From a bacterium (lineage in GTDB: Bacteria > Zhuqueibacterota > Zhuqueibacteria > Residuimicrobiales > Krinioviventaceae): 64,000 bases of DNA. The stretch lies in the NCBI GenBank assembly GCA_963675755.2, contig CAXXMD010000003.1, positions 2,656,001-2,720,000 on the forward strand, written 5' to 3'. The notes below the pieces were generated by a model. The model was not told where the DNA came from, did not search any database, and worked only from the letters and a program-made list of their open reading frames with translations. Position 1 is the first letter of the stretch. Every line of letters starts with the position of its first letter. Position numbers and translations under genes: made by a program. Positions 49,013 through 59,570 of this stretch are shown piece after piece.

Positions 49013-49783
49013 ATGGACAATCATGACGAACAATTCATGTCATCTCTGGATGCGTGCGACCACGGAATCATCGAGTTTATCCCTTATCTGCTGCAAGACT
49101 TGTGGGAACTGGGTTCCCGACCATCGTTAATGTTAGAGATGATAGAAAAGCATATTGAAAATCCTGTCAAAATGCAGGTGCTGGACCTTTGCTGCGGTAA
49201 AGGCGCGGTGCTGGTGCAGATGGCGGCGCGATTCGGCTGTACCGGCGTGGGTGTTGACCTGCTGCCTGATTTTATTGCCGAAGCCAATGAAAAAGCGAAA
49301 AAGCAAAGTGTAGCTGAAAAATTACAGTTCATGCTGGAAGATATTGTAGAATCTGTTGAAAAATATCATGATAAAGATCTGGTGGTTTTTGGTTACGATA
49401 CAGAAGTTTTGGGAGATATTGGCGAGTCCCTGGTCAAGATTCAACCCTGTTTAAAGCCGGGCGGATTTGTACTGCTTGAAACGGTCTTTGCGGTGGATGA
49501 AGAGCTGCAATCGGAAGGTGTAGTCAGTCGGGAGCTTCTCATTCAAGAGATTGAGCAGACCGGTGCTGTTATTATTGATTCTTGTGAATGGACGCAAGAG
49601 GATATGCGGCAGTTGAATTCTGAAAATACCGCAAAAATTCGCAAGCGTACGGAAGAGCTGATTGAAAAATATCCTGACCATCAGGAGCTTTTTGAAGAAT
49701 ATATAGAAAATCAGGAAGCGGAATCTGCAATGCTGGAAGAAGAGATGCGAGGTATTACACTGCTGTTAAAACTGGAAGAATGA
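49013..49783 (+). CDS. Class I SAM-dependent methyltransferase
   Basis: VLDLCCGKG motif I, GVD, LKPGG. Confidence 0.88.
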   Translation: MDNHDEQFMSSLDACDHGIIEFIPYLLQDLWELGSRPSLMLEMIEKHIENPVKMQVLDLCCGKGAVLVQMAARFGCTGVGVDLLPDFIAEANEKAKKQSVAEKLQFMLEDIVESVEKYHDKDLVVFGYDTEVLGDIGESLVKIQPCLKPGGFVLLETVFAVDEELQSEGVVSRELLIQEIEQTGAVIIDSCEWTQEDMRQLNSENTAKIRKRTEELIEKYPDHQELFEEYIENQEAESAMLEEEMRGITLLLKLEE

Positions 49784-49790
49784 GGGCGCT

Positions 49791-50840
49791 TTGAAATATA
49801 AACTATTCTTGATCGTGTTTGTGGGACTGTTGTTAACATCATGTACGCACAAAGACGTACGGCGGATTAGTCCGGAAACCATGCAATCTATATATGAAAC
49901 GGTAAAAACTCCATATAAATATGGTATTGTTTATAAACATCCGGATGATAAAAAAATGGTTGATTCACCTACCATTTTTCGTCATCAGGGCCAGTGGTAT
50001 ATGAGCTATATTGTATTTGATGGTCAGGGTTACGAGACCTGGATGTCAAAGAGTGATGATTTGTTACATTGGCAGACTTTGGGTAAAATACTGGACTTTA
50101 CCGAAAATACCTGGGATGCTAATCAAAAAGCCGGTTATATCTCGCTGGTAGATATTAACTGGGGCGGCAGTTATTCTGTTGAGAAATACACCGGTAAATA
50201 CTGGCTGACCTACCTTGGCGGTGCCACTGAAGGTTACGAGGCCGGTACCCTGGGTGTGGGACTGGCTTTTACCAATGAACTGACACAGCCGGAGCCCTGG
50301 CAGCGCTTTGAAAAGCCCATTTTGCTGCCGGATGATAAAGATGCCCGCTGGTTTGAAAAAAAAACCATCTATAAAAGTCTGGTGTTCAGAGATCCGGAAC
50401 AGGTCACGGGCCATCCCTTTGTCATGTATTATAATGCCAAAGGTGATACTGCAAATTATGAGAGTATTGCTATGGCAGTCTCGGATAATATGACGGACTG
50501 GCAGCGCTTTGGCGATGACCCGGTAATTACCCGCTACAAGGGCATTTGTGGAGACGCGCAGATCGTCAAAATTGGGGATGTATATGTTATGTATTATTTT
50601 GGCGCGTTTTGGCGAGAAGGCGCGTTTGATACCTTTGCCTGCTCATACGATCTGGTCAACTGGACGAATTGGGACGGTGACGATCTTGTAGCTCCATCCG
50701 AATCTTTTGATAAAAAATACGCGCATAAACCGTGGGTGATTTATCACAATGATATTGTTTATCATTTTTATAATGCTGTTGGTGACCAGGGTCGTGTAAT
50801 TGCCCTGGCAACATCGAAACCTTTGAATGGATTGAAATAA
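49791..50840 (+). CDS. Five-bladed beta-propeller glycoside hydrolase-like lipoprotein (GH32/43/130 fold)
   Basis: Lipobox LTSC; VDSPTIF, SDDLLHW, SDNMTDW, SYDLVNW blade repeats. Confidence 0.7.
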   Translation: MKYKLFLIVFVGLLLTSCTHKDVRRISPETMQSIYETVKTPYKYGIVYKHPDDKKMVDSPTIFRHQGQWYMSYIVFDGQGYETWMSKSDDLLHWQTLGKILDFTENTWDANQKAGYISLVDINWGGSYSVEKYTGKYWLTYLGGATEGYEAGTLGVGLAFTNELTQPEPWQRFEKPILLPDDKDARWFEKKTIYKSLVFRDPEQVTGHPFVMYYNAKGDTANYESIAMAVSDNMTDWQRFGDDPVITRYKGICGDAQIVKIGDVYVMYYFGAFWREGAFDTFACSYDLVNWTNWDGDDLVAPSESFDKKYAHKPWVIYHNDIVYHFYNAVGDQGRVIALATSKPLNGLK

Positions 50841-50850
50841 AGGAAAGTAT

Positions 50851-51150
50851 ATGCAATTTGTAGTGGTGGCATATGACCACAAGGATGAAAACGCGCTTGA
50901 AAGGCGTATGGCAGTACGGGAAAAACATTTATCGGATGCTTTTAAATATTATGATGAGGGGAAATGGTTGTCTGCGGCAGGTCTTTTGGATGATGATGGG
51001 AAAATGATCGGTTCTATGATTGTCTGTGAATACGAGTCCAGAGAACAGTTGGAAATTGAATGGTTGGAGCATGAACCCTATGTGCTGAACAATGTTTGGG
51101 ACACCATAAATATCCATCCTGCTAAACTGGCACCCTTTGAAGAAAAATAA
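50851..51150 (+). CDS. YciI family protein
   Basis: RRMAVREKH, GSMIV, EPYV...VW. Confidence 0.85.
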   Translation: MQFVVVAYDHKDENALERRMAVREKHLSDAFKYYDEGKWLSAAGLLDDDGKMIGSMIVCEYESREQLEIEWLEHEPYVLNNVWDTINIHPAKLAPFEEK

Positions 51151-51766
51151 TCGTGAGGAATATGTGGAAAAGCTGATAGCGAATTTGAAAAAGCGAAATA
51201 TGACAGGCTATTTTGTAGAGAATAAAGAACAGGCAGTTGAGAAAATATATGAATTATTGCCAGAAGGTGCATCTGTAGGGTTTGGGGGTAGTGTTACCCT
51301 TGAGCAGATTGGTATTCTTGACGAATTACGTCAACGGGATGATTTTGATCTGCTGGACCGCACCCAAATCAAAGATCCTGCCGATTTACCGGCATTATAC
51401 CAGTGCATGTTTGCAGCGGATGCGTTTTTGAGTAGCTGCAATGCGATAACCGAAAAAGGCCAGATCGTTAATGTGGATGGCCGGGGTAATCGCGTAGCCG
51501 CTATTACATTTGGGCCGAAAAAGGTGATCATTGTAGCGGGTAAAAACAAGATCACCCCGGATCTGGACTCTGCTATGGACCGCGTTAAAAAAGTTGCTGC
51601 CCCAATGAATATAAAGCGAGTGAATGAAGCGGCAAAAGCATCCGGGAATACCGCTGCATTTGAATGGAATGATGAAAATATCTGGGGACAGGTGGGTATT
51701 ATAGAGCGCCAACTGGACCCTGAACGTATACATGTGATTCTGGTTAATGAAGAATTGGGGTATTAA
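51137..51766 (+). CDS. LUD-domain (lactate utilization LutC/YkgG-like) protein
   Basis: GGSVTL, NAITEKG..VNVDG.GNRVAA..FGPKKVIIVAG.NKI. Confidence 0.85.
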   Translation: MKKNNREEYVEKLIANLKKRNMTGYFVENKEQAVEKIYELLPEGASVGFGGSVTLEQIGILDELRQRDDFDLLDRTQIKDPADLPALYQCMFAADAFLSSCNAITEKGQIVNVDGRGNRVAAITFGPKKVIIVAGKNKITPDLDSAMDRVKKVAAPMNIKRVNEAAKASGNTAAFEWNDENIWGQVGIIERQLDPERIHVILVNEELGY

Positions 51767-52842
51767 TCTAACGGCAATCCATGTGTTAAAGTCAGGTGCG
51801 GTGCAGAGTGTCTGGCCGTTAGGGGACGATTCTCTTTTAATAATTTTATGACTGTCTCATTTTGCCAATGCCGGTTCAGGATTTCAAAATAGCTGTAATA
51901 GTTGTATCCGCTAATGAGCGAGGGATCGCCATCCCAATATGGAAAAGAAGCAGGATTTGCAGACCATTCTGCAAGGGGACCAGTATACGCAAGCTTTAAT
52001 GACCTGTTGTTGGGGGACACATATTCATACAGATCATATCCGTTGTTGTACAGAATTTCAGCTGCCAATGTCTGCGGCATGAGAGAAAAATGGGAATACC
52101 AGACACCCGAACGCCCATTGTTTCGATGGATTTCATGCGGTAGTACACCGTCTTCGTCAATCTGGCTTTCTATAAAATATTTCCAGCGGTTGGCACATGT
52201 GAGCAGCTTTTCAGTGTCTTCCAGGTATGCTGCGCAGGATGCTGCCAGTACAATACCCCAGTTTCCCCAGTTGTTTTTGCGGTGCATGGTGTTCATGTCA
52301 TAGGCGTTATCCCGCAGAAAGATGCTGAACACTTTTTGTTGTGATTCAGGCCATACTCTGGTATTTCTCAATAAATCCGCGGCAAAAACCATCGGAGGAA
52401 AATGATAGCTGAACGAGAGTAACGAATCATCAGCACGGCTCATGCTGTCTACCTGTGAAGCCCAGGCGTTTATAATGCGCATTGCCGATTCTGCGTATTT
52501 TTTATCCCCGGTTATGCGGTAACAAAGAGCAAAGGTATAGCTGAGATTGGCATCGTTTTGCAGTCCTTCTTTTGCAGTGCGGTGTCCTTCTGCGTCACGG
52601 TAATATCCCGGTACATACCAGATGGATGGGGGTGAAGGAGTATGGTTAATGTTGGCATCGGCTTCTTTTTCAAGTGCCAGAAACGCGCTGTACTGCGGCT
52701 CTGATTTATCATCAACAGCAGTTTTCAATGCTTTTATACGGGCATCTGAAATGAAAACCGGATTATAGTTTGGCTTATTTATTGTACAAGAGAGTAGCAA
52801 AATAAAAGCGAGAAATGAAATGATACATTTTATGGGCTTCAT
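51763..52842 (-). CDS. Alginate lyase family (alpha/alpha toroid) lipoprotein
   Basis: Lipobox LLSC; Y.ITGD.KYA, NNWGNW, HE..R, WYSHFSL. Confidence 0.7.
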   Translation of the reverse strand: MKPIKCIISFLAFILLLSCTINKPNYNPVFISDARIKALKTAVDDKSEPQYSAFLALEKEADANINHTPSPPSIWYVPGYYRDAEGHRTAKEGLQNDANLSYTFALCYRITGDKKYAESAMRIINAWASQVDSMSRADDSLLSFSYHFPPMVFAADLLRNTRVWPESQQKVFSIFLRDNAYDMNTMHRKNNWGNWGIVLAASCAAYLEDTEKLLTCANRWKYFIESQIDEDGVLPHEIHRNNGRSGVWYSHFSLMPQTLAAEILYNNGYDLYEYVSPNNRSLKLAYTGPLAEWSANPASFPYWDGDPSLISGYNYYSYFEILNRHWQNETVIKLLKENRPLTARHSAPHLTLTHGLPLD

Positions 52843-53074
52843 GTTTTTCCTTTGTTAATGTATAACAAGTTAGAAAATTTTGAAAAATTTCCAAGTTTGA
52901 AAATAAATGTAAACACATTTAGGCTAAAATTCGTTATATTAGTAACACCCCCGTAACCAAATAAACATAAAAAATATCTGCTAACGTCATGGAAATATGA
53001 ATTGTAGATCAGTTCATTAAATGACCATGTTGGGGATTAGCATGTAGCGACTATTTTTGAGGGAGAAAAGAGAA

Positions 53075-54460
53075 ATGCGTATTAAAAAGATCATGTTGTG
53101 CCTGTTTTTGTTTGCTGTCGGAATGTACGCGCAAGAGTCTGTGGGATTCAAAGATCCGAATGATATAAAACCTCTGCTGGACTATCGCCTGCCCGATTGG
53201 GGGTACAATGTCTTTCGACTTTCTTTGGATTTGAATGGCTCTGATAATTCATCTAAGCAAAGGGGTTATGAACGAAACGCAAATAATAATTCTTTAAACC
53301 TGGTTCCTAGAGTTAAAATATATAGAGAAAGTGAAAAACAAATTTTGACATTAAATGGATCAGTAGGTATATCTCGAAAGACAGAAAGTAATACAAGCAT
53401 TTCAATACTACCAGATAGTATATATTCAAAAAGTAATTATAAACAATATTCAGTTGCATATAATTTTGTGGTTAACTGGAATTATTATTTAAAAGGGCGG
53501 CATTTTCTAGATCTGAAATTGAATGTTAATCAAAAATATGAAGAAGTAAAAGGAAAGAGTTTATATCAATACCGCTCTGTTGGTCAAAGTCGTTCCAGTA
53601 AAACAGTTCAGCAGCGTGTTGAAACATACTCTTTATTGGGTTATGGTTTTGGACGCGTGCGGGATGTGACGCATACTATACGGGCAATGCGTTTTCGGGA
53701 AAGAGCCCGGGTTGTCGGAATTGATGCGCTTGATGATCCTAAAGCCGTTTATAAAATAGCGGAATTGTTAAGCAAATATAGCAGCTATAGAACCGTCTAT
53801 GACAGGTCTCAAAAATATTTTTGGCGGGATTATTACGAGTTATTTTCAGATCTGGAATTTGATGCTTATAAACATTATTACATTGCCGATGCCCTTTCAG
53901 AAAATATTGGGTCCCGATTCGAAGGATGGAAAGTAAGCTTTGGATTAAGTCATATAACGTATTTTAATCAAAGTATGAGCACATCAATTGAAAAATCAAA
54001 AAATAAAAGATATGGTGCTTATTTAAATTTTCAATATTATAAAAATTACAGCCTGAGAAACCAGTTCAGTACAAAAATCTCGGGTAATTATGAGGATTTA
54101 TCTGTTGAAGAATTTGTTTGGTTTAATCCCAAATCAAACTTTAGCTGCGAAATTAGGAATCTTACAGTTCTTACTGATCGGATTACCTGGTTAAATATAT
54201 TTTCTGCAAAAATGAATTATTTCAAATATAATCCAGAGGAGGAGGATATTACTGATCTGGAATCAAAATATTATTTGGACCAAAAATCGTTTGATTTAAG
54301 TACAATTTTCAGGTATTATATAGAAGATAATGTCGTTTTGACAGCAAATATGCAATATCTTTTGTCGCGTCCTGAATTTATCAATCCAAGATTTAATAGG
54401 CAGAACAGCTTTACATATAATATTGGCATTGATTATTATTTCGACAAGAGTTTATTTTAA
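53075..54460 (+). CDS. Hypothetical outer-membrane beta-barrel protein
   Basis: GAGGGAG RBS before ATG 53075; signal peptide; Tyr-rich amphipathic strands; GYGFGRVRDVT. Confidence 0.6.
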   Translation: MRIKKIMLCLFLFAVGMYAQESVGFKDPNDIKPLLDYRLPDWGYNVFRLSLDLNGSDNSSKQRGYERNANNNSLNLVPRVKIYRESEKQILTLNGSVGISRKTESNTSISILPDSIYSKSNYKQYSVAYNFVVNWNYYLKGRHFLDLKLNVNQKYEEVKGKSLYQYRSVGQSRSSKTVQQRVETYSLLGYGFGRVRDVTHTIRAMRFRERARVVGIDALDDPKAVYKIAELLSKYSSYRTVYDRSQKYFWRDYYELFSDLEFDAYKHYYIADALSENIGSRFEGWKVSFGLSHITYFNQSMSTSIEKSKNKRYGAYLNFQYYKNYSLRNQFSTKISGNYEDLSVEEFVWFNPKSNFSCEIRNLTVLTDRITWLNIFSAKMNYFKYNPEEEDITDLESKYYLDQKSFDLSTIFRYYIEDNVVLTANMQYLLSRPEFINPRFNRQNSFTYNIGIDYYFDKSLF

Positions 54461-54468
54461 AATGGCTT

Positions 54469-56574
54469 TCAGTTCTGATCAATTTTAAAGCGTATTTTAA
54501 ACGTTGCTCCATCTTGGTTCTTTACAGTCATTTTTCCGTCAAGCTGTTGAGATAGCATGTGCATTAATTGTAGTCCAAGAGTATTGCTGTTTTCAATGTT
54601 GAAATTTTCAGGCAGTCCTCTGCCATTGTCCTGAACAATCAATTCATAAGTCGAGTTACTATCGGATTGAAAAGAGATGTTGACCTTGCCATTGTTCGAG
54701 TTTGGAAACGCGTGTTTATAAATGTTTGTAAGCAATTCGTTTAATACCAGTCCACAGGGAATTGCGTTGTTGACATCAAGCTGAACGTCTTTGACATCCA
54801 TATTTAATTCAATGTTTTTTTCAGGTGCAAGGGTATGTTTAAGGTCAATAGCAAGGGTTTCTATATATTTTTTCATATCCACTTTTGAAAAGTCATCAGA
54901 TCTGTAAAGATGTTCATGGACAAGTGCCATTGAAATAATACGGTTTCGGCTTTCGTTAAAGGCTTCAAATGCCTGTTCTTTATCTGTGATGGTGCGCGCT
55001 TGTAGGCTGAGCAAACTGGTAATGACTGTGAGATTGTTTTTAACCCGATGGTGTACCTCTTTTAATAATACTTCTTTGACTTTGAGGTCCTGTTGTATTT
55101 GTTCTTCAGCCAGTTTGTGTTCTGTAATATCCTGATGTGTACCGGAACGTTCAATTTCTATACCATTTTCATCATATGTGCTGACCCAGTGATCATGAAT
55201 GTAACAGATTTTACCATCCGGACGCTTAATTCGAAATTCCAATAGTGTTTCAGGATTCCCTTTTTGTGCATCATTCCTTGCTTTGGTTAACAGGTGTAAA
55301 TCATCCGGGTGGATTAATGTTAAAATAAAATCAGATGTAATGGTATGCCCTGGTTCTACTCCCCAAATCAGATAGCTTTCATCTGACCAGTACAGTGTTT
55401 TAGCCACAAGATCTTCATAGAAATTACCGATTTTTGCCATGTGCTGTGCTTCTAGTAATTCATTCTGCTTTTGCAATATTATTGCTTCTGTTTTTTTCCT
55501 TTCAGAGATATCATGATAGTTCATCAAGACCCCTTTAATATTGGGATCATTTATACGATTAACGGCAGTGGATTTGACCCATTTATATTCACCGTTTTTG
55601 CATTTATATTTTACTTCCATGGTTTTAAAGACATTTTCAACCTTGATCAGTTCGTTGAAAATATTGTTAGCATATTCAAGAGAATCCGGGTGCAAAAGCT
55701 CCCAGGTGCTGCGACCAATCAGTTCTTTGGGTTTCCAGCCAAACCATTTTTCTATATTATTGCTTTTGTATCTAATAATACCATCCTTGTCAATAATTGC
55801 AATTACATCTGAAATGTTTTCAAGCATGGCTTTTTGTTTAGCTTCGTTGGTTTCCAATTCTTGTTGAGCAAGATCTCGTTCCCGGGATTTTTTTTGGATC
55901 TGGCCCATCATGTTATTAAAACCATGATACAATTGTGCAATTTCGTCAGCGCCATTGTATTCCACACGTTTCGAGTAATCCTGGGTGCTTGAAATATTGT
56001 TGATTACTTGGGCAAGATCCAGGATGGGCTGGGACAGTGTTCTTTGAAAACGATTTGCCAGGAAAAATGAGACAATTAGCATGGTAAGAAAAACAAGAAC
56101 CATTGTTAATTTGTAATCAGATAATTGGTCCTCCATTTTTAATACGGAAGCTTTAACAAAAATATATCCATAAAGTTTATTATTATAATTTATGGGTTGT
56201 ATGATATACAAATAATCACCTTCATAAGTACCGTTTATCTCCAGGTTGGGTCTTGGCAGACTGTCTTGAGTTGAAGACCTGCTAACCATTGCAAAGATTG
56301 CATCATTACTGTCGTACAACCAGCATTCATTAACCTGTTCAATAGTGAATATTTTGGTTAAAAGCTTATGGGCTCCATTTTGATCATAAAAAGAAAGGGG
56401 AGATACACAAATTTCTCCAACAAGTTTTGTTCCGGTCAAAACTTCATTGGCAAGATTTGTTTTTTCTTCATTGATTTCATAAGTAAGTATAGCTATCAAT
56501 CCCGATGTAACCACAAGTAATACTGTTACAAAAACGATGAGGATTAATTTATATTTTATGGATATGTTTTTCAT
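54469..56574 (-). CDS. Sensor histidine kinase: periplasmic CHASE8-like domain, HAMP, PAS x2, HisKA_2, HATPase
   Basis: SIKYKL..TM, PLSFYD...A..LL periplasmic motif, HAMP DEIAQL..GFNNM, IHPDD PAS, KEVHHRVKNNL, DNGRG. Confidence 0.88.
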   Translation of the reverse strand: MKNISIKYKLILIVFVTVLLVVTSGLIAILTYEINEEKTNLANEVLTGTKLVGEICVSPLSFYDQNGAHKLLTKIFTIEQVNECWLYDSNDAIFAMVSRSSTQDSLPRPNLEINGTYEGDYLYIIQPINYNNKLYGYIFVKASVLKMEDQLSDYKLTMVLVFLTMLIVSFFLANRFQRTLSQPILDLAQVINNISSTQDYSKRVEYNGADEIAQLYHGFNNMMGQIQKKSRERDLAQQELETNEAKQKAMLENISDVIAIIDKDGIIRYKSNNIEKWFGWKPKELIGRSTWELLHPDSLEYANNIFNELIKVENVFKTMEVKYKCKNGEYKWVKSTAVNRINDPNIKGVLMNYHDISERKKTEAIILQKQNELLEAQHMAKIGNFYEDLVAKTLYWSDESYLIWGVEPGHTITSDFILTLIHPDDLHLLTKARNDAQKGNPETLLEFRIKRPDGKICYIHDHWVSTYDENGIEIERSGTHQDITEHKLAEEQIQQDLKVKEVLLKEVHHRVKNNLTVITSLLSLQARTITDKEQAFEAFNESRNRIISMALVHEHLYRSDDFSKVDMKKYIETLAIDLKHTLAPEKNIELNMDVKDVQLDVNNAIPCGLVLNELLTNIYKHAFPNSNNGKVNISFQSDSNSTYELIVQDNGRGLPENFNIENSNTLGLQLMHMLSQQLDGKMTVKNQDGATFKIRFKIDQN

Positions 56575-56585
56575 GTTCTATATTC

Positions 56586-57155
56586 TTATTCATTAATAAC
56601 CGTGCCAGCTGCCTGCAGTAAAAGATAGCTTATTGACAAGTTAGATTGTTTTACTGTTGAATTATTGATTGAAAAGCGTATTGAACCATTGGTTATAAAA
56701 AAGTTAATGTGAACTCCTTTTTCAATACATGTTTTGCAATCACTTATTGTTAATATGGGTTTATTTTTGGTGAAATTTAAAATGTTTACTAAATCCTGAT
56801 CTGTTTTTGGAGATACAAGAAGAATATGGGTGGTTTGTAAATCCGTATGCGATTTAAAATACTTGAACGATATTTTTTTGTCTTTAATTTTGACTTTTTG
56901 TTCTGTATATAACTGTTCAATGTTTGAATTTAATTGATTTTTCCCAATAATGCCAATTGTAAATTCCTGGTTGGTTTTTGTTGAATCCTGTGGCCATTCA
57001 ATAAAATGAGTAAATCGTTCTACAAAGGCAGCTTTAACAATATAGCTTTGTGTCTGTCCAAATGCAATGGATGATGACATGAAACAAACCACTAGTAAAT
57101 AGAGAAAGATACTTTTTATTTTTTTAAAAATATAATGTAACTTTATGATAAACAT
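56586..57155 (-). CDS. YfiR family periplasmic protein
   Basis: VKAAF..RF..FIEWP, F.IGIIG, PILTISD, G..INF......RF.IN, L.IS..LL..A. Confidence 0.85.
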   Translation of the reverse strand: MFIIKLHYIFKKIKSIFLYLLVVCFMSSSIAFGQTQSYIVKAAFVERFTHFIEWPQDSTKTNQEFTIGIIGKNQLNSNIEQLYTEQKVKIKDKKISFKYFKSHTDLQTTHILLVSPKTDQDLVNILNFTKNKPILTISDCKTCIEKGVHINFFITNGSIRFSINNSTVKQSNLSISYLLLQAAGTVINE

Positions 57156-57171
57156 TCATAATACCATTTTA

Positions 57172-59325
57172 TTAAAATTTTCTACCCAATGTTAACATGA
57201 ATTCTCGTCCGTAACCCAATGTACCCTTGTCAGCCCATCGATTGTTTGTAAATGTGGGATATCTGATTTCAGAATCAAGCAGGTTGTATATATTCAAGTT
57301 AATAAAATAGCCTTTATTAAACAGGTTATTGTATCTAAAATTAATACTGGCTTGAAAATAACCGTCAGTTTTTTGTCCAATCCTTCCAATTGAAGTTTGA
57401 CCGGGTGTGTGCATGTCAGGCTCTGTATCCCAATATGGTTCCATACTGCTCACATATTGGCCCAAAATAGAGGCTGTCATTTGGTTGTTGATTCTATATC
57501 TTGCTTTCAAGTATCCCAGCTTTTGAGGAGAGTAGGCAACTTTGATGTCTTTAAATTCTGGCCTCTCGTCACTTGTGTTTTGTACTGAACCACTGGTTTG
57601 AATATATAAATTGTTCAGGGGAGTAAAAGTAATCCCCAGTTCTATGCCATTGGTTACAAACCGGCCTGCATTAGACGAAAAGGATTTGTAATAATTTTGG
57701 GTATCATCGATTTCAGTTACCCGGGTGATAAGGTTATCCAGTTTATTATGGAAAAAGCTAAAACTGGTTGTCAGGTTTGTATGCAGGACAGATTGATAAT
57801 TGAATTCCAGTGTTTCAATTTTTTCGGGTTGCAATACATCACTGTCCGAGCGTATCTGCAAATAATCCTGAAAAAAGGAGGGGCGGTTGATCGCCTTGCC
57901 GAATAAGAGTTTCATGATATGTTTGTTATTTATATTATAGATTGCGGCAATGCGAGGGATTTTCTCAATGGTATCTCGATCAATAATACTTGATATTTGT
58001 TTATGCATATTTGTTTTGTTATTAAAATCTGCCAATATCTCGTATTTTAGACTTTTCTCAAGTCGCAAACCTGCTACAAACATGAGACGGGATGTAGGTT
58101 TATATTCTATTTGTGAAAATGCAGCCAGCAAAGTTATCTCTTCATCTTGAGGGATTGTAGCCAATGTACGTTCAAAAGTTGGCATGTTGAATGAGGGTAT
58201 ATCATACAAATTGTAAGCGTCCAGAATACTTTTTAGTAAAGTGCCAAAAGTAATATTAATTTTATTATTCGGTTTGTAAAACATGTCTATTGTAAAATCC
58301 CACGCATTACTTTCCAACTGTTGCAATCCATAAAAATTGTCATCAATAAAACTATATTTAAACCAGGCTCTGTCTTTAAAATATGACAATTTTAAATCAA
58401 TATTTAATTTTTCAGTTAAATGTTTTTTATAACCCGTTGTTATATTGTAATCAATATATGTATTTGAATTTCCCTCCCCATAAGCCGGAATATTATATTG
58501 CATACCTTGCTCTGTTTCAACTAGAACAAAATTGTAATATATATTTTTGGTTGTACCGTTAATATCCAGATATTTATTCTTCATCTGCAATTTACCACCG
58601 GTCGTATATTCGGATGTTATTCCCCAATTTCGTAGTGATTTTACATTGGATACAAGCTGGTCAATGGGTTGATCGATTCCATCTGTGTGAAAACTTGCCG
58701 CATTGATTGAAAGAGAGCTGGTTTCTGTTTTATTATTAACGCTAGCAAAAAATTTATGGGTGTTTGAGGTTCCTATACTGGTTGATGAATAAAAATGTGG
58801 ATCTGTTTCTTCATTTGTGATTATGTTAATTGCGCCAAAAAACGCACCACTGCCATAAATAACAGACATGGGTCCACGAACAACTTCAATTCTGTCAATT
58901 GCTTCAACCGGAACCGGAATTTCAGGTAAGGGGTGATTTGATGCAACATTTTTAGTTTGAGGGATGTTGTTCACGAGTATAATCAAATTGTCGTTAGCAA
59001 CACCAGACCAAAATCCGCGAACTCCAAATTTAACGCCATCGTAAGAATAATCATTTATCATATAGAGGCCGGTAATGTTTTGTAAAATATCACTCAGGCT
59101 TGAATATCCAAAAGATTCAATTTCCTGACGAGTCAAAATGACAGTGCTTGCAGGGATTTCACTTATGGCCTGGGGGGTTTTTCCTGCGGTTGTAACTTTG
59201 ACAGACAACAACTCTTCAAGTGACATGTTGAATATTTGATCTATTTGCTGCGAGTTTGAATCTGAAGCGAATAGTAATTCTGCAAATATAAATATGAATA
59301 TTATAGATATTTTAATAGGATACAT
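57172..59325 (-). CDS. TonB-dependent receptor
   Basis: MSLEELL.VKVTTAGK N-terminus; plug IDRIEVVRGPMSVIYGSGAFFGAINIIT; C-terminal NLLD..GR......GRKF. Confidence 0.92.
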   Translation of the reverse strand: MYPIKISIIFIFIFAELLFASDSNSQQIDQIFNMSLEELLSVKVTTAGKTPQAISEIPASTVILTRQEIESFGYSSLSDILQNITGLYMINDYSYDGVKFGVRGFWSGVANDNLIILVNNIPQTKNVASNHPLPEIPVPVEAIDRIEVVRGPMSVIYGSGAFFGAINIITNEETDPHFYSSTSIGTSNTHKFFASVNNKTETSSLSINAASFHTDGIDQPIDQLVSNVKSLRNWGITSEYTTGGKLQMKNKYLDINGTTKNIYYNFVLVETEQGMQYNIPAYGEGNSNTYIDYNITTGYKKHLTEKLNIDLKLSYFKDRAWFKYSFIDDNFYGLQQLESNAWDFTIDMFYKPNNKINITFGTLLKSILDAYNLYDIPSFNMPTFERTLATIPQDEEITLLAAFSQIEYKPTSRLMFVAGLRLEKSLKYEILADFNNKTNMHKQISSIIDRDTIEKIPRIAAIYNINNKHIMKLLFGKAINRPSFFQDYLQIRSDSDVLQPEKIETLEFNYQSVLHTNLTTSFSFFHNKLDNLITRVTEIDDTQNYYKSFSSNAGRFVTNGIELGITFTPLNNLYIQTSGSVQNTSDERPEFKDIKVAYSPQKLGYLKARYRINNQMTASILGQYVSSMEPYWDTEPDMHTPGQTSIGRIGQKTDGYFQASINFRYNNLFNKGYFINLNIYNLLDSEIRYPTFTNNRWADKGTLGYGREFMLTLGRKF

Positions 59326-59570
59326 GTGTGCCTCTACTACAATACTGCTGTACAGATTAATTTTAAAAATATAACAATTAATATGCCATTCTTTAAGATT
59401 CTGACTGAATATTGTGTGTGAGATTGTAAAATTTTGTCTATAAGAAATAGTAAAATAACTTGATTTAAATTCCTCTTGTTGTAAAAGGTCATTTTAATTA
59501 TATTTAATGATAACCAGGGGCATTGACGTTATGAATGGTCCGGATACATAATAATTTATTGGGGATGTAA

